Of a DNA stretch of 64,000 bases, positions 1 through 14,138 are shown one piece after another. A program made the position numbers and the translations under genes. This stretch comes from Chrysomallon squamiferum (taxonomy: Eukaryota > Animalia > Mollusca). The notes under the pieces were generated by a model. The model was not told where the DNA came from. It did no database searches and was given only the letters and a program-made list of their open reading frames with translations. How positions within the stretch are numbered: the first letter of the stretch is position 1; each line of letters opens with the position of its first letter. The stretch lies in NCBI GenBank assembly GCA_012295275.1, contig CM022671.1:35960001-36024000 (forward strand), given 5' to 3'.

Positions 1-617
1 TAATTATTAATAAATAAAATGTTTTACCAATTTGTTAATTTAAAGCTAAGTGAAAAAAGTCTAAATCTTCTATCATTCATTAAATCTAATATTAAATATT
101 TTGCAGGCAAATATATCTTCTAAAACTCACCTTCTGTTCATGAGAAAAGATTTTGAAAAACAAAACATTTAACTTAGGACTGAACATGTATTAATGGATT
201 ATTGTTTATTATTATTTATTTTAAATACATTTTTAAATATTCTTTTTTGAACATTGTATATATATGTAATGAAATTCAGACAACATGATAAAATAATGAA
301 TGCTATTTTATTTGATTAATATTTGTGTCACAGATGAAAAACCAAAGTTAGAATATGCAGATAATGTAAACATTTTATAAATGCAACAGTTAATTATAAA
401 TACATACCAACACTCACATATAAACACAAATATACATATATGTAAACACTGTAAACACACACACACACAAAAATATACCCCACCCCAAAACACACAAAAA
501 TCCAAACAAAACCAGCACTGATTGTTATCTTCAGTAGTTTTAGTTATAGTTAAACACCAAATTTAAAATATTTTCTTAAAATTTAATAAACGTTAGTTTT
601 ACAAACAATTTTTCATT

Positions 618-764
618 TGTGTCTAATAAAACAATAAGTGATGTTTATAAAAGAGTATCTCATGTACTTACTCTGTTTGAAAGTCTGTTTATGTGACTAA
701 TAAAACAATATCTGATGTTTATAAAAGAGTATCTTGTGTACTTACTCTGTTTGAAAGTCTGTTT
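618..764. repeat. 74-bp tandem duplication spanning a donor site
   Basis: TGTACTTACTCTGTTTGAAAGTCTGTTT occurs at ~663 and ~737. The real donor is at 745/746 and the copy at 671/672. Confidence 0.9.
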
Positions 765-3700
765 GAGCAGCAGTGGCTCCAGGGAAGGGTCAAGCTCCTC
801 GCCGACGTTCTCCAGCAGGAGAGGGTTGCCGAAGTTGATGCAGTTCTCGAGAGTTCTCATGTAGTCTGAGTCAGTCAGCTTGATCACTGAGAGTTTGTTG
901 TCTTTCTCTGAGTTCTTCACCCACTTGTTAGCCTGGGCCTGTGGGTCAATCATCAGAGGCCTGTAAAATTAAATAAATAAATAAATACTTAAATATTAAA
1001 ATAAGTAAATAAATACTTAAATATTAAAATAAGTAAATAAATACTTAAACTATAAAATAAATAAATATTTAAAGAACAAAATAAAAAAAAAAAATTACTT
1101 AAACAATAAAACAAATAAACAAATATTTAAACAATAAAATAAATAAATACATAAACAATGAAATAAATAAATACTTAAACAATAATATAAATAAATAAAT
1201 ACTTAAACAATAAAATAAACAAAAAATACTTAAACAATTAAAATAAATAAAATATTTTTCATTATTAAAATAAAAAAAATTGAAATAAAAATAATCATGT
1301 AAAAAAAAAAGGAGAAATAATAATAACAACAATTTTAAAATAAACTAAATTTTCAACAAAAAACAAAGACAATAATATAAAATACAAAACAATGACTACA
1401 AAACAAAAGAAATAAAAATTACAAATAAATAAATAGGTAAATGAATAAATAAATAAAATGAACTAAAACAAAAATGAAGCATGCCCACCCTTTAGCAACA
1501 ACAAACAATTCTGAAATAAAATCTACACCATGTTTAAACTTGAGAAACCAACAGAATGTCAAAACATAAAATAAAAGATAAAATAAATGAATAAATTTGA
1601 AATTACCATCTGCGAGCATTAGCCACAATGACACCATTGTCGATGGAGAAAGCATCTTTTGGTAGTCCAGCGATATTCCACGCCTGAATTTTTATAGGCT
1701 CACCTAGAGTTTTACTTAGAGAAAAGTCTTTGGTGCATGGAATATCCTTTGACTGCAAAATAAAATAAAATAAATAAAAACACAAATAAATAGATAAATA
1801 AATAAATAAATAAAAACATAAATAAATAGATAGATAAATAAATAAACAGAAATGACTAATAAGCATATATTGACAACAACAGACAAAACATTTTAAGTCA
1901 AGAATCAAATGTAATTTTAAGAATTAATTTTAAATTTAGTTATTAAATACTTAACAAATGCTGCTTGTTACTGTTTCATGTTGTCATAAAACAGCTTTAT
2001 AAATACACTTTGTAACGAAATGATAAGAAATGTGACAATTCAGTGGAATAAAAAATTTCAACACTTTTAACATGTTTTATACTATTTTAAGGTTTTAAAC
2101 CTATGACTGTAATGAAAGGCTATGAAATAGTCAACATCACAAGATAGTGAGCATCTGTGTAAGAATATTAAACAACAGTTGTAATGAAGAGGTGTGGACA
2201 CTTACAGCACAGTTTTTCACCCAGTCTAATGTGCAGGTGTCTCTGAAGGCAGAGGTGAAGGGGCCGAGGTAGGCAATGACACCAGCAGATATGAGCACAT
2301 CCCCCATGAGGTTGTCGTAGGTGCTCTGTAAATTATTAGCAGCTATAGTCCACCTCTCTTTCTCTCCCCCCAGTCCACCGATGAGCTTCTCGGCTCTGAT
2401 GAGTTTTTTCCCACACAGGTCCACCTGGAACTCCAGCTTCTCCTTCTTGTCGTTCATCTCCTGGAAAGTCTGTTTGAGGTCAGCGAGACGCTTCTCGACA
2501 GCAGCCAGCTCGGCCCTCTTCTTGTTCAGCTGCTCCATCGTTGCCTTCAGCTCAGCTTCAGCCTCGGCCAGTTTGGCTTTCTTGGGAGCAACAACCTTGG
2601 CAACCCTGTCATAGATCTCCATGGCCAGAATCCACTTACACAGACCCTCAGCTGCAGACGAGGCATTGGCCACTTTGGCCGGGTCAAACTCTGGACTGCC
2701 AATGAAGTCTTTTCTTATCTTAGCCATGACGTGGGGCTGAATGTTTAGAAGTATACACACATCAGTCATCATCAAATTTCAAATATTAATAATAATAATA
2801 TTAAAATTTAGATTAAAAATAATATATATATATATACACACATACACACAAAACTTGACATAATACTAACACACACGTATACAAAACTTGACACAATACT
2901 AACACACATATACACAGACACTACATGTGACAGACATTATTTGTGTGAATTTATGAAATACAAAAAGATAAAAATTGTAAAATACTTACAGGAATGTTGT
3001 CTCTGTCGTACTCTTTGAGCATGTTGAGGAAATTCATGTCACCAAGAAGTTTCTTTGATGGTGTCCAGTAATCCAGCATCTGTCAAACACATTTAACATT
3101 TTAATCTATTATAATGCATTGTATTGTATTGTACTGTATTGTATTGTACTGTACTGTATTGTATTGTACTGTATTGTATTGTATTGTACTGTACTGCATT
3201 ATATTGTACTACATTGTATTATACTGTATTGTATTGTATTTTATAACACTTCCAGTACAGAACACAAATGATTACTAATATATATTTAACAGGGTTACTG
3301 TTTGTTTTACCTTCTGTCCAGGTTTTTCTGGGTCGTTGACCCTGTCAGGTTTGATGTCCTTCATGACACACACTGCAGCCATTACAACCTTCACTCCTAT
3401 TGGAGGGTTCTTCATTGACTTCACTATGGTGATGTCAGAAGGCTTTGAGAGAAAACACACTCTTTGTTACATTTATGTTTTTACATGTTAGGAAAACAGT
3501 GAATATTCATTTATTTACTTCATTTTTTCTTATTTTTACAGTGCACATATTTAAAAAAAAAAGAGAAAAAGAGACTTGTGAAAATTTAAATTTATACTCC
3601 CTCCCTCTTTCTACCTCTCTTTCTCTTTGTCTGTTTCTCTAAATGTTTATATATATATAAAAGAGACTTTACAGAAGCATATTAAACACCCACATCAGCA

Positions 3701-4557
3701 AAAAAAAAAGAAAAAAAAGAAAACAAAATTAAATGTTTGCAGTAGAAACATTTGAACACTTAATGCTAGCTGACCTTCAGAGTGTCTAAAGCTGCGAGTG
3801 CTGCCTCTAGGGCTGGCAAAGCCTCAGCGAGGTCTGCCTCACACTCATCTTTGAGAGCCTGAGCCTCAGCAGCCTGCTCATTGGCAGCAGTTTCATCCTC
3901 CTTCACTCTCTTGCTGGTTGCCTCCACCTCTATAGTCTCCTTGTCTATCACTATCAGCATCTTGTTGTTCTCCTCCTGACTCTTTACCAGCTCCGGCTGC
4001 AGCTCCTCCAGCTCCTTCTGCATAGTGGCAACCTGTAGGAGAACATTTCATTAGTGACACATTCGTCTCTTAGTAGAATTCAGAAAATGTCGACTATGTA
4101 GTTTCAAGCAAAAAAGTAGCTATTATACAACATAGTCAAATACTCTAGCTGCAGACTAACATCTGTATTTCTGTTTTAGAAAGCTGAAAGCTTTGTAATA
4201 TATTTTCTTAATGAGGATTATTAAAGAAATTTTACTGAGGATTATCAAATGAAGTTTGTGCTAACCTGCGAGGCTGCAAAAGCCAGTTTTTCGAGACCTA
4301 CGACGTATCTTTTCTTGGCTTTCATCGTCTCGTCCTGTTTTCTGGCCAGCATTGTCTTGAAAGAGTTGATCAACTCCAGGTAGGAGGTGGGTGTCACGTA
4401 GTTGTAACGTCCCAGCTCATTCAGAAACCTGGTGTCAAATTTTAAATATTTCATTAGTTTATATTTAAATTACATAAATAACTGTATGAGTGAGACTGTG
4501 AAAAAGTGACTGCCAGAGACAGACTGACTGACAGACAGACAGACATAGAGACAGAAT

Positions 4558-4609
<52 letters not shown>

Positions 4610-6003
4610 CATGCAAACTTAGAATGGATATAGTGTGTTCCCCATTCCATCAATAAATATTTGACACAAGAGTATATTAATTTGTATGGTGTGTAGTTAA
4701 GAGAACTGGTGTACACAGAATTAGCTGAGTTAAAAGCAGTGTTACCTCTCAGACAGCTGTCGCACACTCTCGTGGAAGTATTTACACAGAAACACTGAGT
4801 CTTCCTTGCCTTTGTCTGTGATGTCAGCATCCTCCAAAAACTTGTGTGCCACTCTTTCCAGAGCATCTTCTGGCCATGCCTACAAGTCAAAAATAACATC
4901 AGTAACATTTTCTACCAATGAATAAAGTGCTTTGTTCCTTTTTACACCACAGTTATTTAACTTTTTCAACATTATCTTAAAAAAAAGAAAAATATATTTT
5001 ATAACATATGTGACAAAACACACATGTACATGTCACACACACACAACACAATCACACAGATTACTGAACGTACTTGAAACCAGTCAATGGTACAACAGTT
5101 GATCAGAGATGGATACTGTCGTAATCGGTTTCTGAAGGCGTCACCGATGGGGCTGAAAGCAATGATGATGTGCAGGTTTTCCTTCACTCTGTTGACAAAG
5201 AAAGCAAACAAAGCAAGTGGACTGAAATCAGCGTTCTTGTCTCCAGCCTGGGCAAATGGCCGAACAATCTGAAAAAAAAAAAAAAAATAATAATAATAAT
5301 AATAATTTCTGGCTATTGGTAAAAACAATACACTAAAAAAAGAAAGAAAAAAAATTAAATTTGCATTAAACATCGCTTCCAAAAAAGAAAAATTCCAATT
5401 AAACTCCACTAAGAAAGTGAAAAATTAACAAACATTAATAATAATAAACAAAAAAAGAAAAAGTTAATTAGAGCAAAGAACAAAGTTCAAAATATATACT
5501 CAAATATACAGTTCTCAAATTTAAGCATTTAAAAAAAGAAAATTCAGTATTAAAAGTATGATTTCCTTCAATTTACCACTCAGAACTATGGGTAGAATGG
5601 GAAGCAATTTAGTGAGCAGGTCTGAACTACACACCCACTAAACCTCAGACTGGTTTGCCTAGTTCTCAGATAAATAAATGTTATAAAGGTTTTACCTCTA
5701 ATATCTCTGCTTTCTCGTCGGCTGGAAACAGGTTGGGTACTTCTCCTGTGTTGAGTAAACTGTCAATGTCTTCCAGAAAACTCTCTTCTTTGATCTGTGT
5801 GTCTGTGATCAGAAACACAGTTGTCTTTCCTTGAGCACCAGTGTTCTTCAGCAGATCCTGTATAAATTATTTGCATTGTTTATTTGTTTACTTAGGTTTC
5901 CATAGTAATTTAACTACTGTAGAATGGGTCTGTAATAATCTGTTATGTTTTTAAAAAAACAGAATGTTTTAATAAAATTTTATTCTTCAGATAATTTACT
6001 TGT

Positions 6004-6042
<39 letters not shown>

Positions 6043-6043
6043 C

Positions 6044-6084
<41 letters not shown>

Positions 6085-7244
6085 TTATTATAAACATGAT
6101 GATGATGATGATCACCATCATTATTAAAATGTCAAAGACAGTTACCTTAATGTCCTCTCTCCACTCTGTTTTTCCATAGTTTTTAGAGATCTCAGGTTGG
6201 AATATAGAATACCCAGCCATTGCAGTGGCCAGCCTGGTTAGAGACTGTCTGCCACTCCCTCCCACACCCACCAGTAGGGCGTTGCCTCCAGGCACTCGCA
6301 GAATTCGACAGATTCTTGAAAGATGCTCTAGTACGTATCTGTGAGAGATTTTTGTTAGTAATTATTTGGATGTTCAGTAGAATTTACTTTGAGTGAGACT
6401 ATATATATAATCCAGATGTTAAATTCAAGGATGTTTATATATCAATGTGTGTATGTGTGTCTGTGTGTGTATGTGTATTAGTGTATGTTTGTGAGTGTGT
6501 ATGAGATCATGTTTGACTTAAAAATGTAGTTTATATATGTAAACATAATACTAACTTTATGTATTAGAAATCCATTACTTTATTGTAATTATTACAAAAT
6601 TAACTGTACAGATTTAAAGAGAGACAGAGGCTAACCTGAAGATGACAAGATTCATTCTGTTTTTGTGGGTGTTGTTGTACTCCTCCAGACACTGCTCCAC
6701 GACGTGGTAGAACTCGTCCAGCGACTTCACCTCCATGTACACTCTGTCCTCGGGCTCTGCGTCTGGGTCCATGTAGTCACCAAACATCAGACTCCTCAGA
6801 TCCTCTTCTTTACACTGCAGTTAACACAACCAGGCTATTAGTATTTGTAACACCTGTCACACATTTCTAATATTTACTTTACTGTAGTCACTTATTAATG
6901 TATGCTTTGCAGAAAGCTTACTAGCAGAATTATTTTTTTCTAATAATATGATAGCGTATTTAAGAAAAAATATATTAATATTTTTAAATAAAACAGTATT
7001 GGTATACAGAAAAATGATAGGCTTCAGTGAGGTATTAAAAAGATTTCTGATACTGTATTAACATGGTATAATCCTTTGTTTGTAATATGCAAATCAAATT
7101 TTTTTTTGAGATCAATATTAACTCTGATTAATAAAAAGTTAGCTAAAATAATTACAGATTGTAGGTTTTATTTTGAAGATTTAAAAAAACCCCCACCCAA
7201 AACCAAACAATTTCAGTGTAATTCATTTTGAAACATTAAACTTA

Positions 7245-7278
<34 letters not shown>

Positions 7279-7722
7279 ATTATAATATTGCTAATTAATT
7301 ATTAAAGCTGAAAATAAAATAAATATAAATGAGAAGACAATTTTAAGTTCAAAAACTGATAAAAATCAATGTTTATGAACGACACTTGAGAACAGATAGC
7401 ATAATAAAATATGCATAGCAGTATACAACAATGATAAAAGAACAGTTACAACATTATTTTTAAACACATTTTCTCAAAACTGAGGCAACTTGTAAACAAA
7501 CAACAGTGAAATTCTGATATGAAAAGTAACTAAATGAAAATAATCAGTGTTTTAAAAATATTAATAAAATGAAGAAAAATAAAAAATAAAAAATAATGAG
7601 AAAAACAGAACTTAAAAAGTTTTAAATAAAACCAAACATTTTAACAAATTTGATGCATGCATTAAGTGTCTTTAGAAATCTTTTGTTTAAATAATAATAA
7701 TTTGAACAGTAATAAATATATA

Positions 7723-7758
<36 letters not shown>

Positions 7759-8279
7759 ATATATTGAAATTTGAAAAATGCATGTGGGTTCAGCAGGCTG
7801 AATACAATACTTGCTTTTAACTTACAGTGAACATTTTTAAAAGCAAGCACATTTGCTTTTTTTAATTTTTTTTTAGCAAAACAAAATAAAATAAACGAAG
7901 CATAAATAATTACTGTTTTCATGGCCTGAAAAAGAAAAATAGAAAAAAAAGTATTTTTAACATTTCTCTCTCTCCTTCCTTAATTAATGTGACACTGATT
8001 TACTTTATATTATCTATATATATCTATTTATCTATCTATCTATCTATTTATTCATATATTTATCTAATTTACCTATCTATCTACCTGTCTATCTATCTCT
8101 CTATCTCAGTATCTATCTATCTATCTATCTATTATCTGTCTATCTATCCATGCATCTACATATCTATCCATGTCTAAATATATTGAAGTAGATATTTAAA
8201 CATGCACAAAAATACTAACTACATGTTGTCATTAATATCTTTTACACTATTCATTTGTTTTGTTAGTCACACACACACA

Positions 8280-8329
<50 letters not shown>

Positions 8330-10676
8330 ACAGAAATGTAAACAAAAACAAACCTTTCCTCCTTCACCACCCTGTGCAAGATGTTCAAAAACTCCATCAA
8401 AACTTTCCTTGAAGTGTTCTCTCACCAGAGTGGAAACAGTTCTGTAATTAACAGTTTTCAAAAATGTTTCTTTAATGTTGAAAAATAACTGAATACATTT
8501 TGTCTACTTTCACTTCAACACATCCTTATTTTTACCTATACATCTTGATTTCTGTAATATCATTATAGAAAAAAATATATATTTGAAAGAGAATTTCTTT
8601 TTTTTTTTTTTTTTTTTTTTAAATACTAAAATATGGGTTTATTATTTATCTACAATGAAAAAAGGAAAAAAAATAAAAAACTAGTTAAAATGATAAAAAA
8701 AAGTAAAACACTTACTTGTACAGCCAGGATCTGTCAATGTCGTCAATTAGCCGATCATAAAACACTCTCATCACTTCATGTACCCACAGCCTGTTAATAA
8801 CAATAACAATAACAACAGTAATAACAATAATATTAATAATCATAACAACAACAATGATGATAAAATAATAATAATAATAATAATAATAATTGTAGTAGTA
8901 ATAATAGTAATAATAATATATGATAATAATAATAACAGAAATAACAACAATAAATAAGAATAAACAGCAGCAATAATAATTTTAACTACTACCACTACTA
9001 CTACTACTAATAATAACAATGATAATAAATTTTTCTTAAATGATGCAAATGATAATATTAACAAACAATAAAACCCAAAACAATGATGATGATGATAAAA
9101 AAAAACTGCTGTTATGATAATAATAATAATAATAATTTCTGTGCAGATAAATACTGAAAGGTAACAGTTCTGTACAGTTATGAAATTACTTAGTGTAGAA
9201 TGAACTCACCTGATGAAGACTCGTTTGTTTTCCACCTGTTCTTTCTTTATGAGACATATTCCGAGGATCACTCTGCTGAAGTCTCTCAGGTTGAAGACGT
9301 AGTGGGACTTGGCAGGGGTGGGCAGCAGGTTGGTGATGGCCTGCTTGTACACATCCAGTGTGCTCTGAACTATTGAGTTACCAATAGAAAAGTAGTCCGA
9401 CGAAAACTCCTGGGCCTGAGAAATATTTAATGCACAATCATTTCAACAACAAAAAAAAAAAAAAAAAAATAAAATAAAATAAAATAAAATATATATATAT
9501 ATAATTCTGTAAATGTATAGTGCTCCTACTTTTTGAAAGAATTTTCCCTATTACGGATACTTGTTCAATTAGAAGAAAACTGGTTCAAGTCTTTTCAGTG
9601 AAGATTAAGTAAACTATTATAAAATCAGCATATCTACTTTTATCTCAATGACAAAGATTATATATAAACGAATTAAAAAATAAAAATAAAAATAAGACTT
9701 TCATTTGCTTATGACTGATTAAATAAATGATTTATCATCTGAGGTGCAAACACCACTTGTATAACTAACTGATTCTGGATTTAGAGTAGTGAACAGTAAA
9801 AATTTGTGACTCACTCTGAGGTAGGTGGAGATGAGGGTTGAGAAAATCTTCACCATGGTGTCATCGTTGAAGGGATTCATGCCCACGATGATGAAGTGAC
9901 GGAGGAAGCGGGGGGTTACGTGGTTTCTTCCCCCACCTGGCGGTCCCATCGCAGTTATGAACTGAATGTCCTGCAGGATGATCTTGGATGTGTCCTTCAG
10001 GTCAAACCTGTCACAAGATATGTCACTGGATCAGTTCATGTCTTTATTTTGTGAAATCTTTTATAAAAGGTTATGATCTGAATAACATATCAAGTTGTAT
10101 ATAACTTACATTTCAGATAATTTAATGTTCATGGCAATAGAGTTTCATCAGTGTCCATGGTAACTCAAACTCACCAGTGACCATGGTAATACAAACTGAC
10201 CAGTGTCCATGGTAATACAAACTGACCAGTGTCCATGGTAACTCAAACTGACCAGTGTCCATGGTAACTCAAACTGACCAGTGTCCATGGTAACTCAAAC
10301 TGACCAGTGTCCATGGTAATACAAACTGACCAGTGTCTATGGTAACAAACTCACCAGTGACCATGGTCAATGCACTGTCTCAGCAGCTCAACGGGAGGCT
10401 GGGCTCCATACACTTCCTTGGCTGGCATGTTCAGGTCATCCACAAAGATGACTGCTTTTTTGCCCATCTGTGGACCATACACCCCTTTCCTCCTCTTGTC
10501 CAGCTTGGCCATGATGATGTTCTGAGTCATGTTAGCGCTTGTCTGAGCAGAAAAGTTGACAATGGTGGGAAGATATCTGTCCTTGGAGAGTCCGTGCATC
10601 AGTTTGTCCTGTACATACACACTTTTACCTGTTCCTGTCGGACCAACAAACATCAGAGGTCTGAAAAGTCAAATTT

Positions 10677-10726
<50 letters not shown>

Positions 10727-13073
10727 GTAATAACAATATTAATAATATTAATAAGAATAAAAGAATATTACTACTACTAATAATAGCAATAACAGTAATA
10801 GTAATAGTAATAATAACAGTAGTAGCAGCAGTTGTAATAATAATTGCACCAAAAAAAGTCAATAAAACTGCATTAAATAAAAGTAAAAAATAAAGTAAAA
10901 CAAGACAGAGAACAATTCACAGACTGAAGTATGACAGGTTACTATATTTTCTTTGTGAGATGTGCTTTTTGACAAGTGATAACTGAAATATTGAGACTTA
11001 TTTTGTTTAGTTTGACTGAAGATGAACTAAAACACACCTGTCGTGATCTATACACAGGTCCATGAGGTACGTGTACCGTGCTGTGTCCATCGTTGGCACC
11101 AACATTTCTCTGATCTTTGCACCTTTGATTTCAGTGCCACGGATTACTTCATTCCAGTGGCGCCAAGATCCACGAGCTTTTTGCTGTGTCCAACAAATAT
11201 GACAAAATTAGTCAAACATGCAAGTACAATATCTGTGATACTATGCTACAGTATTCAAAAATTACTTGGTCCCTAATATAATGATAAAAAATAACTACCA
11301 CACAAACATACATTCATATACATACATAAACTGATACATGTACAGATATGCCCATTACACACACACACACACACACAGATAGACAAACTTACCTCATACA
11401 TGTAGTCATATATAAGGTGGTCAGATGGCATTGGACTTTCTATTTTGCCCACAGCCTTTGGAACAGGGAACTCCTCGTACTTCCCATTGAGAAGATCTCT
11501 GAAGTACGTGTCGAACTTGTGTCGTCCATCTACATCCACCACGGCTCCAACTGACCAGGTGATGGCAAACAAAATAGCTGACTACAACAAAATAACACAC
11601 ACTTTTAACTGAGAACAGCACTGAATGTGAAACAATAGTTGTACATTCAACATGTTACAGACTTCAGTGAGAAAGTTTAATTTTCAGTTAGAAGTGGAAT
11701 TAATTGTAATAGTTTGCTTGAAACACAGTGAAATCAGTTTAGTGTTTATCTGCTGGCATCAAATAAACTAGAGATTTATGTTTTCTTTTCAGTATGATAC
11801 AATACTAACTGTGTCTGTATATTGTGTCTGTGTATCTGCATTATGGATATGTATTGTGTATGTGTAGTGTGTGTATGTGTACATTGTATGTGCACTGTAC
11901 ATTGGGTATGTGTATTTTGTACATGTATTGTGTGTGTATATAAGTCTATGTAATATGATTCCATTACTTTCATTTAATGAAACTTTCTGTCTCTTAACTT
12001 GTTGTATATATAAATAGTAAGATATGAGTATACTAAAGTTATATATAAGAAAGATATTAAGATATATATGAATATTTACTTGGAGGAATATATTGTATAT
12101 ATAAATAGTCAGATATGAGTATACTAAAGTTATATATAAGAAAGCTATTAAGATATATATGTATATTTATTTGGAGGAATATATTGTATATATAAATAGT
12201 AAGATATGGGTATACTAAAGTTATATATATGAAAGATATTAAGATATATATGTATACTTACTTGGAGGTAAATTCTCAGGTGTTTGTTGTACTTTGCATC
12301 ATCTTTTGTAATGGACTCGTGCATGAGCATGTCAATGAGAAACATCATGGATCTCACCTGATTTGCCAGACTGGCTGGGACATACTCCTGTAACACATCA
12401 AAAATTCATAGCAAAAACTAACACGTAAATTATAATAACATATAACATATAAATTTAAAACTGACACATAAATAACATTTTTACACATAAAGTAAAAACT
12501 GACAGGTAGGTTTTGTTAATTCACAAATTAATAACTGAAAGTACTGAAACAAATTACTCCACAAGTCATTAAATTAAAACCTATTTAAAAAAAAAAAAAA
12601 AATGTTAAGCCAATATGTGACATCTATGATTTGTTAAATACTTAAGAAAAAGATACAAACAAACAAACCTTGCAGTTCTTTCTGATGAAGTCGTGACAGG
12701 GGTCAACAAGCCACTCAAACATCTGGTCCACCAGCTCTTCCAGCTCTGCTCCGTACACTTCTGGGAAAGTGTGGATCCACGACCGGACAATTGGTCTCCA
12801 GCCGAGAGTGGACGGTTCCAGGTACACCATACCACATCTACTGACAGTGGCAGGCTGTGAATTAAACACTGGTTAGTCATACTCTGTACTCCTCTGACAA
12901 ATACATGGCATATTCTTCATGTAAACAAAAAATCTGTTTTTATATTTTTATTTTACATTTTCATAGTTTTCAGTTATCTTCATTTTATCTTTATTTTTGT
13001 ATCATTATCTTCACTACTACTATTACTACTATTATTAGTACTATTGTGGTTGTTGCTATTTTTGATATTGTAG

Positions 13074-13117
<44 letters not shown>

Positions 13118-14103
13118 GTTATTGTTATTACCATTATCATTATTGATATTATAATCATTATAATTATTGTTATCGTTGTTAATAAGAAATATTTCAGAAA
13201 CATTTTTTTACAAATAATGAGCATGGTTTTATGAATAATGGATTGACAGTTATAATTTCATCTAGCCTAGTGTTTTTACTGTTTAAAAGAAGTAACAGTG
13301 ACATGTGCTGTATTTTCAATTTACCGAGGCTTGTGACAGGTCCATGGTTTCAAAGATGAGACTCATGACGTTTGACATCTGAATGATCTCTCCACTCATC
13401 AGACACAGCTTCTTGTTGTCGTCCAGCACAGTGTTCATGTTCTCAATCCACAGAGCATCAATCGGCCCGTCAAAGATCACCCACTTCCTGTCTGGCGTGT
13501 CGGCAGACGCAAACTCTCGGAAAGTGTTGGCTACTACACCATCAGTCCACTGAAACACAAACATTTTCATCATTTTAGAAAGGGGAAGCAGGTAAGAGGG
13601 AATCCAGGTGAAGTAAGGTTTATGTTAACGTGGAGTTTATAAACAAAACAGTTTTATTCTTTTGTCTGTTTGTTCATCTAACGGTCACTGATTCTTACTT
13701 CATGAGAGACCGGATCGAACTGACCAAACAGCTGACCCATGGTGATGGACTTGGGGTTGATGATGCGAGCGATCGTCTTGTCAAACTCTTCTACACCGTC
13801 CTCGTACAGCTTGGTCATGCCGTCACGCAGAACTTCAAGTACACTTGACTTGGCACCAAACGGATCTCCCACCAACATAAATCTGTGAAACATTAAAATT
13901 GTCTTTAAACTCTTCTAAACTAGCTGAATAGAGACAATATTTTTTAAATGGTATACATTCTCATAAAAAAGTATTTTTTTTATTTTTTATTATTATTATT
14001 TTTTTTTCTTCAAATAATGAGATGGTGGTCTTTAGGTAGGAATACTTTATAATTCAATACCAATACTATTAAAACATATTAAAAACATTTAACATTGCTA
14101 TAT

Positions 14104-14138
<35 letters not shown>

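Noticed and set aside
120-170. Minus-strand CTTTTCTCATGAACAG-AAG-GTGAGT, a possible 3-nt microexon or orphan donor
   Set aside because: It does not encode the expected next dynein segment and cannot be told from chance without RNA data.
10149-10367. CRISPR-like appearance of the 26-bp and 49-bp arrays
   Set aside because: Units are contiguous with no unique spacers, derive from host exon ends, and lie in eukaryotic introns with no cas genes.
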